Shown in pieces: positions 9,589 to 21,500 of a DNA stretch of 57,359 nt. Position 1 is the stretch's first letter. Every line of letters begins with the position of its first letter. This stretch comes from Utricularia gibba (Eukaryota; Plantae; Magnoliophyta): positions 1 to 57,359 of the forward strand of contig NEEC01000192.1 of assembly GCA_002189035.1 (NCBI GenBank). The letters run 5' to 3'. A program made the translations under genes and the position numbers. The notes beneath the pieces are model-generated. The model did no database searches. It saw nothing but the letters and a program-made list of their open reading frames with translations, and was not told the DNA's origin.

Positions 9589-12500
9589 AACGCAGATGTT
9601 TTGCAAGGCGAAAATCACAATCGCGTCGATTCTCGTGTTCCGAGTCGCATCGTCGCGAACGTGGTGGCCAAATTTGTGGCACATCTGAAGGCTAAGATAA
9701 GGCGATAATTCGAGCTTGATGCATCCTCGGACGAAGAAGCTTTCAACACGGAAGCTGACCGGCACGGAAGGGGGTTCGAAACGGTATGCCGGGCGCAGCA
9801 TGACTCATCACGGTTTTCAGGATATGGCCGAAATACCGAACGGTGTGCGAGGCCACCATGAGGCTGCAGTAGGGACACACCCAGAGCTTGTTCAGAGATC
9901 GCCTCGAAAACCCATACTTCACGTCATCCAATAAAACGCAGATGTTTTGCAAGGCGAAAATCACAATCGCGTCGATTCTCGTGTTCCGAGTCGCATCGTC
10001 GCGAACGTGGTGGCCAAATTGTGGCACATCTGAAGGCTAAGATAAGGCGATAATTCGAGCTTTGATGCATCCTCGGACGAAGAAGCTTTCAACACGGAAG
10101 CTGACCGGCACGGAAAGGGGTTCGAAACGGTATGCCGGGCGCAGCTTGACTCATCACGGTTTTCAGGATATGGCCGAAATACCGAACGGTGTGCGAGGCC
10201 ACCATGAGGCTGCAGGTAGGGAACACACCAGAGCTTGTTCAGAGATCGCCTCGAAAACCCATACTTCACGTCATCCAATAAAACGCAGATGTTTTGCAAC
10301 CGAAAATCACAATCGCGTCGATTCTCGTGTTCCGAGTCGCATCGTCGCGAACGTGGTGGCCAATTTGTGGCACATCTGAAGGCTAAGATAAGGCGATAAT
10401 TCGAGCTTTGATGCATCCTCGGACGAAGAAGCTTTCAACACGGAAGCTGACCGGCACGGAAAGGGGTTCGAAACGGTATGCCGGCGCAGCATGACTCATC
10501 ACGGTTTTCAGGATATGGCCGAAATACCGAACGGTGTGCGAGGCCACCATGAGGCTGCAGTAGGGACACACCCAGAGCTTGTTCAGAGATCGCCTCGAAA
10601 ACCCATACTTCACGTCATCCAATAAAACGCAGATGTTTTGCAAGGCGAAAATCACAATCGCGTCGATTCTCGTGTTCCGAGTCGCATCGTCGCGAACGTG
10701 GTGGCCAATTTGTGGCACATCTGAAGGCTAAGATAAGGCGATAATTCGAGCTTTGATGCATCCTCGGACGAAGAAGCTTTCAACACGGAAGCTGACCGGC
10801 ACGGAAAGGGGTTCGAAACGGTATGCCGGGCGCAGCATGACTCATCACGGTTTTCAGGATATGGCCGAAATACCGAACGGTGTGCGAGGCCACCATGAGG
10901 CTGCAGGTAGGGACACACCCAGAGCTTGTTCAGAGATCGCCTCGAAAACCCATACTTCACGTCATCCAATAAAACGCAGATGTTTTGCAAAGCGAAAATC
11001 ACAATCGCGTCGATTCTCGTTTTCCGAGTCGCATCGTCGCGAACGTGGTGGCCAATTTGTGGCACATCTGAAGGCTAAGATAAGGCGATAATTCGAGCTT
11101 TGATGCATCCTCGGACGAAGAAGCTTTCAACACGGAAGCTGACCGGCACGGAAAGGGGTTCGAAACGGTATGCCGGGCGCAGCATGACTCATCACGGTTT
11201 TCAGGATATGGCCGAAATACCGAACGGTGTGCGAGGCCACCATGAGGCTGCAGTAGGGACACACCAGAGCTTGTTCAGAGATCGCCTCGAAAACCCATAC
11301 TTCACGTCATCCAATAAAACGCAGATGTTTTGCAAGGCGAAAATCACAATCGCGTCGATTCTCGTGTTCCGAGTCGCATCGTCGCGAACGTGGTGGCCAA
11401 TTTGTGGCACATCTGAAGGCTAAGATAAGGCGATAATTCGAGCTTTGATGCATCCTCGGACGAAGAAGCTTTCAACACGGAAGCTGACCGGCACGGAAAG
11501 GGGTTCGAAACGGTATGCCGGGCGCAGCATGACTCATCACGGTTTTCAGGATATGGCCGAAATACCGAACGGTGTGCGAGGCCACCATGAGGCTGCAGTA
11601 GGGACACACACCAGAGCTTGTTCAGAGATCGCCTCGAAAACCCATACTTCACGTCATCCAATAAAACGCAGATGTTTTGCAAGGCGAAAATCACAATCGC
11701 GTCGATTCTCGTGTTCCGAGTCGCATCGTCGCGAACGTGGTGGCCAATTTGTGGCACATCTGAAGGCTAAGATAAGGCGATAATTCGAGCTTGATGCATC
11801 CTCGGACGAAGAAGCTTTCAACACGGAAGCTGACCGGCACGGAAAGGGGTTCGAAACGGTATGCCGGGCGCAGCTGACTCATCACGGTTTTCAGGATATG
11901 GCCGAAATACCGAACGGTGTGCGAGGCCACCATGAGGCTGCAGGTAGGGACACACCAGAGCTTGTTCAGAGATCGCCTCGAAAACCCATACTTCACGTCA
12001 TCCAATAAAACGCACATGTTTGCAAACCGAAAATCACAATCGGTCGATTCTCGTGTTCCGAGTCGCATCGTCGCGAACGTGGTGGCCAATTTGTGGCACA
12101 TCTGAAGGCTAAGATAAGGCGATAATTCGAGCTTTGATGCATCCTCGGACGAAGAAGCTTTCAACACGGAAGCTGACCGGCACGGAAAGGGGTTCGAAAC
12201 GGTATGCCGGGCGCAGCATGACTCATCACGGTTTTCAGGATATGGCCGAAATACCGAACGGTGTGCGAGGCCACCATGAGGCTGCAGTAGGACACACCCA
12301 GAGCTTGTTCAGAGATCGCCTCGAAAACCCATACTTCACGTCACCAATAAAACGCAGATGTTTTGCAAGCGAAAATCACAATCGCGTCGATTCTCGTGTT
12401 CCGAGTCGCATCGTCGCGAACGTGGTGGCCAATTTGTGGCACATCTGAAGGCTAAGATAAGGCGATAATTCGAGCTTTGATGCATCCTCGGACGAAGAAG

Positions 12501-15500
12501 CTTTCAACACGGAAGCTGACCGGCACGGAAAGGGGTTCGAAACGGTATGCCGGGCGCAGCATGACTCATCACGGTTTTCAGGATATGGCGAAATACCGAA
12601 CGGTGTGCGAGGCCACCATGAGGCTGCGGTAGGGACACACCCAGAGCTTGTTCAGAGATCGCCTCGAAAACCCATACTTCACGTCATCCAATAAAACGCA
12701 GATGTTTTGAAAGAAAATCACAATCGGGTCGATTCTCGTTTTCCGAGTCGCATCGTCGCGAACGTGGTGGCCAATTTTGTGGCACATCTGAAGGCTAAGA
12801 TAAGGCGATAATTCGAGCTTTGATGCATCCCGGACGAAGAAGCTTTCAACACGGAAGCTGACCGGCACGGAAAGGGGTTCGAAACGGTATGCCGGGCGCA
12901 GCTGACTCATCACGGTTTTCAGGATATGGCCGAAATACCGAACGGTGTGCGAGGCCACCATGAGGCTGCAGTAGGGACACACCCAGAGCTTGTTCAGAGA
13001 TCGCCTCGAAAACCCATACTTCACGTCATCCAATAAAACGCAGATGTTTGCAAGGCGAAAATCACAATCGCGTCGATTCTCGTGTTCCGAGTCGCATCGT
13101 CGCGAACGTGGTGGCCAAATTTGTGGCACATCTGAAGGCTAAGATAAGGCGATAATTCGAGCTTTGATGCATCCTCGGACGAAGAAGCTTTCAACACGGA
13201 AGCTGACCGGCACGGAAAGGGGTTCGAAACGGTATGCCGGGCGCAGCATGACTCATCACGGTTTTCAGGATATGGCCGAAATACCGAACGGTGTGCGAGG
13301 CCACCATGAGGCTGCGGGTAGGGACACACCCAGAGCTTGTTCAGAGATCGCCTCGAAAACCCATACTTCACATCACCAATAAAACGCAGATGTTTTGCAA
13401 AGAAAATCACAATCGGGTCGATTCTCGTTTTCCGAGTCGCATCGTCGCGAACGTGGTGGCCAATTTGTGGCACATCTGAAGGCTAAGATAAGGCGATAAT
13501 TCGAGCTTTGATGCATCCTCGGACGAAGAAGCTTTCAACACGGAAGCTGACCGGCACGGAAAGGGGTTCGAAACGGTATGCCGGGCGCAGCATGACTCAT
13601 CACGGTTTTCAGGATATGGCCGAAATACCGAACGGTGTGCGAGGCCACCATGAGGCTGCAGTAGGGACACACCCAGAGCTTGTTCAGAGATCGCCTCGAA
13701 AACCCATACTTCACGTCACCAATAAAACGCAGATGTTTTGCAAGGCGAAAATCACAATCGCGTCGATTCTCGTTTCCGAGTCGCATCGTCGCGAACGTGG
13801 TGGCCAATTTGTGGCACATCTGAAGGCTAAGATAAGGCGATAATTCGAGCTTTGATGCATCCTCGGACGAAGAAGCTTTCAACACGGAAGCTGACCGGCA
13901 CGGAAAGGGGTTCGAAACGGTATGCCGGGCGCAGCATGACTCATCACGGTTTTCAGGATATGGCCGAAATACCGAACGGTGTGCGAGGCCACCATGAGGC
14001 TGCGGTAGGGACACACCCAGAGCTTGTTCAGAGATCGCCTCGAAAACCCATACTTCACGTCATCCAATAAAACGCAGATGTTTTGCAAGCGAAAATCACA
14101 ATCGCGTCGATTCTCGTTTTCCGAGTCGCATCGTCGCGAACGTGGTGCCAATTTGTGGCACATCTGAAGGCTAAGATAAGGCGATAATTCGAGCTTTGAT
14201 GCATCCTCGGACGAAGAAGCTTTCAACACGGAAGCTGACCGGCACGGAAAGGGTTCGAAACGGTATGCCGGGCGCAGCTGACTCATCACGGTTTTCAGGA
14301 TATGGCCGAAATACCGAACGGTGTGCGAGGCCACCATGAGGCTGCAGTAGGGACACACCCAGAGCTTGTTCAGAGATCGCCTCGAAAACCCATACTTCAC
14401 GTCATCCAATAAAACGCAGATGTTTTGCAAGCGAAAATCACAATCGCGTCGATTCTCGTGTTCCGAGTCGCATCGTCGCGAACGTGGTGGCCAATTTGTG
14501 GCACATCTGAAGGCTAAGATAAGGCGATAATTCGAGCTTTGATGCATCCTCGACGAAGAAGCTTTCAACACGGAAGCTGACCGGCACGGAAAAGGGGTTC
14601 GAAACGGTATGCCGGGCGCAGCATGACTCATCACGGTTTTCAGGATATGGCCGAAATACCGAACGGTGTGCGAGGCCACCATGAGGCTGCAGTAGGGACA
14701 CACCCAGAGCTTGTTCAGAGATCGCCTCGAAAACCCATACTTCACGTCATCCAATAAAACGCAGATGTTTTGCAAGGCGAAAATCACAATCGCGTCGATT
14801 CTCGTGTTCCGAGTCGCATCGTCGCGAACGTGGTGGCCAATTTGTGGCACATCTGAAGGCTAAGATAAGGCGATAATTCGAGCTTTGATGCATCCTCGGA
14901 CGAAGAAGCTTTCAACACGGAAGCTGACCGGCACGGAAAGGGGTTCGAAACGGTATGCCGGGCGCAGCTGACTCATCACGGTTTTCAGGATATGGCCGAA
15001 ATACCGAACGGTGTGCGAGGCCACCATGAGGCTGCAGGTAGGGACACACCCAGAGCTTGTTCAGAGATCGCCTCGAAAACCCATACTTCACGTCACCCAA
15101 TAAAACGCAGATGTTTTGCAAGAAAATCACAATCGCGTCGATTCTCGTTTTCCGAGTCGCATCGTCGCGAACGTGGTGGCCAATTTGTGGCACATCTGAA
15201 GGCTAAGATAAGGCGATAATTCGAGCTTTGATGCATCCTCGGACGAAGAAGCTTTCAACACGGAAGCTGACCGGCACGGAAAGGGGTTCGAAACGGTATG
15301 CCGGGCGCAGCTGACTCATCACGGTTTTCAGGATATGGCCGAAATACCGAACGGTGTGCGAGGCCACCATGAGGCTGCGGTAGGGACACACCCAGAGCTT
15401 GTTCAGAGATCGCCTCGAAAACCCATACTTCACGTCATCCAATAAAACGCAGATGTTTTGCAAGGCGAAAATCACAATCGCGTCGATTCTCGTGTTCCGA

Positions 15501-18500
15501 GTCGCATCGTCGCGAACGTGGTGGCCAATTTGTGGCACATCTGAAGGCTAAGATAAGGCGATAATTCGAGCTTTGATGCATCCTCGGACGAAGAAGCTTT
15601 CAACACGGAAGCTGACCGGCACGGAAAGGGGTTCGAAACGGTATGCCGGGCGCAGCATGACTCATCACGGTTTTCAGGATATGGCCGAAATACCGAACGG
15701 TGTGCGAGGCCACCATGAGGCTGCACGTAGGGACACACCAGAGCTTGTTCAGAGATCGCCTCGAAAACCCATACTTCACGTCATCCAATAAAACGCAGAT
15801 GTTTTGCAAGCGAAAATCACAATCGGTCGATTCTCGTGTTCCGAGTCGCATCGTCGCGAACGTGGTGGCAATTTGTGGCACATCTAAGGCTAAGATAAGG
15901 CGATAATTCGAGCTTTGATGCATCCTCGGACGAAGAAGCTTTCAACACGGAAGCTGACCGGCACGGAAAGGGTTCGAAACGGGTATGCCGGGCGCAGCAT
16001 GACTCATCACGGTTTTCAGGATATGGCCGAAATACCGAACGGTGTGCGAGGCCACCATGAGGCTGCGGGTAGGGACACACCAGAGCTTGTTCAGAGATCG
16101 CCTCGAAAACCCATACTTCACGTCACCAATAAAACGCAATGTTTTGCAAGGCGAAAATCACAATCGCGTCGATTCTCGTTTTTCCGAGTCGCATCGTCGC
16201 GAACGTGGTGGCCAATTTGTGGCACATCTGAAGGCTAAGATAAGGCGATAATTCGAGCTTGATGCATCCTCGGACGAAGAAGCTTTCAACACGGAAGCTG
16301 ACCGGCACGGAAAGGGGTTCGAAACGGTATGCCGGCGCAGCTGACTCATCACGTTTTCAGGATATGGCCGAAATACCGAACGGTGTGCGAGGCCACCATG
16401 AGGCTGCGGTAGGGACACACCCAGAGCTTGTTCAGAGATCGCCTCGAAAACCCATACTTCACGTCATCCAATAAAACGCAGATGTTTTGCAAGGCGAAAA
16501 TCACAATCGCGTCGATTCTCGTGTTCCGAGTCGCATCGTCGCGAACGTGGTGGCCAATTTGTGGCACATCTGAAGGCTAAGATAAGGCGATAATTCGAGC
16601 TTTGATGCATCCTCGGACGAAGAAGCTTTCAACACGGAAGCTGACCGGCACGGAAAGGGGTTCGAAACGGTATGCCGGGCGCAGCATGACTCATCACGGT
16701 TTTCAGGATATGGCCGAAATACCGAACGGTGTGCGAGGCCACCATGAGGCTGCGGTAGGGACACACCCAGAGCTTGTTCAGAGATCGCCTCGAAAACCCA
16801 TACTTCACGTCATCCAATAAAACGCAGATGTTTTGCAAGGCGAAAATCACAATCGGGTCGATTCTCGTTTTCCGAGTCGCATCGTCGCGAACGTGGTGGC
16901 CAATTTGTGGCACATCTGAAGGCTAAGATAAGGCGATAATTCGAGCTCTGATGCATCCTCGGACGAAGAAGCTTTCAACACGGAAGCTGACCGGCACGGA
17001 AAGGGGTTCGAAACGGTATGCCGGGCGCAGCATGACTCATCACGGTTTTCAGGATATGGCCGAAATACCGAACGGTGTGCGAGGCCACCATGAGGCTGCG
17101 TAGGGACACACCCAGAGCTTGTTCAGAGATCGCCTCGAAAACCCATACTTCACGTCATCCAATAAAACGCAGATGTTTGCAAGCGAAAATCACAATCGCG
17201 TCGATTCTCGTGTTCCGAGTCGCATCGTCGCGAACGTGGTGGCCAATTTGTGGCACATCTGAAGGCTAATAAGGCGATAATTCGAGCTTTGATGCATCCT
17301 CGGACGAAGAAGCTTTCAACACGGAAGCTGACCGGCACGGAAAGGGGTTCGAAACGGTATGCCGGGCGCAGCATGACTCATCACGGTTTTCAGGATATGG
17401 CCGAAATACCGAACGGTGTGCGAGGCCACCATGAGGCTGCAGTAGGGACACACCCAGAGCTTGTTCAGAGATCGCCTCGAAAACCATACTTCACGTCACC
17501 TCGAATAAAACGCAGATGTTTTGCAAGGCGAAAATCACAATCGGTCGTCGATTCTCGTTTTTGTGGCCGAGTCGCATCGTCGCGAACGTGGTGGCCAATT
17601 TGTGGCACATCTGAAGGCTAAGATAAGGCGATAATTCGAGCTTCGATGCATCCTCGGACGAAGAAGCTTTCAACACGGAAGCTGACCGGCACGGAAAGGG
17701 GTTCGAAACGGTATGCCGGGCGCAGCATGACTCATCACGGTTTTCAGGATATGGCCGAAATACCGAACGGTGTGCGAGGCCACCATGAGGCTGCGGGTAG
17801 GAACACACCAGACACACCAGAGCTTGTTCAGAGATCGCCTCGAAAACCCATACTTCACGTCATCCAATAAAACGCAGATGTTTTGCAAGGCGAAAATCAC
17901 AATCGCGTCGATTCTCGTGTTCCGAGTCGCATCGTCGCGAACGTGGTGGCCAATTTGTGGCACATCTGAAGGCTAAGATAAGGCGATAATTCGAGCTTGA
18001 TGCATCCTCGGACGAAGAAGCTTTCAACACGGAAGCTGACCGGCACGGAAAGGGGTTCGAAACGGTATGCCGGGCGCAGCTTGACTCATCACGGTTTTCA
18101 GGATATGGCCGAAATACCGAACGGTGTGCGAGGCCACCATGAGGCTGCAGGTAGGGACACACCCAGAGCTTGTTCAGAGATCGCCTCGAAAACCCATACT
18201 TCACGTCATCCAATAAAACGCAGATGTTTTGCAAGGCGAAAATCACAATCGGTCGATTCTCGTGTTCCGAGTCGCATCGTCGCGAACGTGGTGGCCAATT
18301 TGTGGCACATCTGAAGGCTAAGATAAGGCGATAATTCGAGCTTTGATGCATCCTCGGACGAAGAAGCTTTCAACACGGAAGCTGACCGGCACGGAAAGGG
18401 GTTCGAAACGGTATGCCGGGCGCAGCATGACTCATCACGGTTTTCAGGATATGGCCGAAATACCGAACGGTGTGCGAGGCCACCATGAGGCTGCGGGTAG

Positions 18501-21500
18501 GGACACACCAGAGCTTGTTCAGAGATCGCCTCGAAAACCCATACTTCACGTCACCCAATAAAACGCAGATGTTTTGCAAGCCGAAAATCACAATCGGGTC
18601 GATTCTCGTTTTCCGAGTCGCATCGTCGCGAACGTGGTGGCCAATTTGTGGCACATCTGAAGGCTAAGATAAGGCGATAATTCGAGCTTTGATGCATCCT
18701 CGGACGAAGAAGCTTTCAACACGGAAGCTGACCGGCACGGAAAGGGGTTCGAAACGGTATGCCGGGCGCAGCATGACTCATCACGGTTTTCAGGATATGG
18801 CCGAAATACCGAACGGTGTGCGAGGCCACCATGAGGCTGCGGGTAGGACACACCAGAGCTTGTTCAGATCGCCTCGAAAACCCATACTTCACGTCACCAA
18901 TAAAACGCAGATGTTTGCAACGAAAATCACAATCGCGTCGATTCTCGTTTTCCGAGTCGCATCGTCGAACGTGGTGGCCAATTTGTGGCACATCTGAAGG
19001 CTAAGATAAGGCGATAATTCGAGCTTTGATGCATCCTCGGACGAAGAAGCTTTCAACACGGAAGCTGACCGGCACGGAAAGGGGTTCGAAACGGTATGCC
19101 GGCGCAGCATGACTCATCACGGTTTTCAGGATATGGCCGAAATACCGAACGGTGTGCGAGGCCACCATGAGGCTGCGTAGGGACACACCCAGAGCTTGTT
19201 CAGAGATCGCCTCGAAAACCCATACTTCACGTCATCCAATAAAACGCAGATGTTTTGCAAGGCGAAAATCACAATCGCGTCGATTCTCGTGTTCCGAGTC
19301 GCATCGTCGCGAACGTGGTGGCCAATTTTGGCACATCTGAAGGCTAAGATAAGGCGATAATTCGAGCTTTGATGCATCCTCGGACGAAGAAGCTTTCAAC
19401 ACGGAAGCTGACCGGCACGGAAAGGGGTTCGAAACGGTATGCGGGCGCAGCATGACTCATCACGGTTTTCAGATATGGCCGAAATACCGAACGGTGTGCG
19501 AGGCCACCATGAGGCTGCGTAGGGACACACCCAGAGCTTGTTCAGAGATCGCCTCGAAAACCCATACTTCACATCCAATAAAACGCAGATGTTTTGCGAA
19601 AATCACAATCGCGTCGATTCTCGTTTCCGAGTCGCATCGTCGCGAACGTGTGGCCAATTTGTGGCACATCTGAAGGCTAAGATAAGGCGATAATTCGAGC
19701 TTTGATGCATCCTCGGACGAAGAAGCTTTCAACACGGAAGCTGACCGGCACGGAAAGGGGTTCGAAACGGTATGCCGGCGCAGCTGACTCATCACGTTTT
19801 CAGGATATGGCCGAAACCGAACGGTGTGCGAGGCCACCATGAGGCTGCACACCAGAGCTTGTTCAGAGATCGCCTCGAAAACCCATACTTCACGTCATCC
19901 AATAAAACGCAGATGTTTTGCAAGGCGAAAATCACAATCGCGTCGATTCTCGTGTTCCGAGTCGCATCGTCGCGAACGTGGTGGCCAATTTGTGGCACAT
20001 CTGAAGGCTAAGATAAGGCGATAATTCGAGCTTTGATGCATCCTCGGACGAAGAAGCTTTCAACACGGAAGCTGACCGGCACGGAAAGGGGTTCGAAACG
20101 GTATGCCGGGCGCAGCATGACTCATCACGGTTTTCAGGATATGGCCGAAATACCGAACGGTGTGCGAGGCCACCATGAGGCTGCGTAGGACACACCCAGA
20201 GCTTGTTCAGAGATCGCCTCGAAAACCCATACTTCACGTCATCCAATAAAACGCAGATGTTTGCAAGCGAAAATCACAATCGCGTCGATTCTCGTGTTCC
20301 GAGTCGCATCGTCGCGAACGTGGTGGCCAATTTGTGGCACATCTGAAGGCTAAGATAAGGCGATAATTCGAGCTTTGATGCATCCTCGGACGAAGAAGCT
20401 TTCAACACGGAAGCTGACCGGCACGGAAAGGGGTTCGAAACGGTATGCCGGGCGCAGCATGACTCATCACGGTTTTCAGGATATGGCCGAAATACCGAAC
20501 GGTGTGCGAGGCCACCATGAGGCTGCGGGTAGGACACACCAGAGCTTGTTCAGAGATCGCCTCGAAAACCCATACTTCACGTCACCCAATAAAACGCAGA
20601 TGTTTTGCAACCGAAAATCACAATCGGGTCGATTCTCGTTTTCCGAGTCGCATCGTCGCGAACGTGGTGGCCAATTTGTGGCACATCTGAAGGCTAAGAT
20701 AAGGCGAATTCGAGCTCTGATGCTCCTCGGACGAAGAAGCTTTCAACACGGAAGCTGACCGGCACGGAAAGGGGTTCGAAACGGTATGCCGGGCGCAGCA
20801 TGACTCATCACGGTTTTCAGGATATGGCCGAAATACCGAACGGTGCGAGGCCACCATGAGGCTGCACGTAGGGACACACCCAGAGCTTGTTCAGAGATCG
20901 CCTCGAAAACCCATACTTCACGTCATCCAATAAAACGCAGATGTTTTGCAAGGCGAAAATCACAATCGCGTCGATTCTCGTGTTCCGAGTCGCATCGTCG
21001 CGAACGTGGTGGCCAATTTGTGGCACATCTAAAGGCTAAGATAAGGCGATAATTCGAGCTTTGATGCATCCTCGGACGAAGAAGCTTTCAACACGGAAGC
21101 TGACCGGCACGGAAAGGGGTTCGAAACGGTATGCCGGCGCAGCATGACTCATCACGGTTTTCAGGATATGGCCGAAATACCGAACGGTGTGCGGCCACCA
21201 TGAGGCTGCAGTAGGACACACCCAGAGCTTGTTCAGAGATCGCCTCGAAAACCCATACTTCACGTCATCCAATAAAACGCAGATGTTTTGCGAAAATCAC
21301 AATCGCGTCGATTCTCGTTTTCCGAGTCGCATCGTCGCGAACGTGGTGGCCAATTTGTGGCACATCTGAAGGCTAAGATAAGGCGATAATTCGAGCTTTG
21401 ATGCATCCTCGGACGAAGAAGCTTTCAACACGGAAGCTGACCGGCACGGAAAGGGGTTCGAAACGGTATGCCGGCGCAGCATGACTCATCACGGTTTCAG

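Larger units (their letters stand above)
9279..9624 (+). repeat. Representative type-A consensus monomer, 346 bp
   Basis: This copy matches the majority base at every position I compared. Manual counts: 181/346 G+C and 31 CpG including the junction. It has single HindIII (AAGCTT), NsiI, PstI, BstBI, NruI and MscI sites. Confidence 0.92.

Noticed and set aside
9279-9624. Synthetic polylinker or vector origin suggested by many six-base palindromes
   Set aside because: Seven six-base palindromes in 346 bp is close to the ~5 expected by chance. They are dispersed, and I recognised no vector or adapter sequence.
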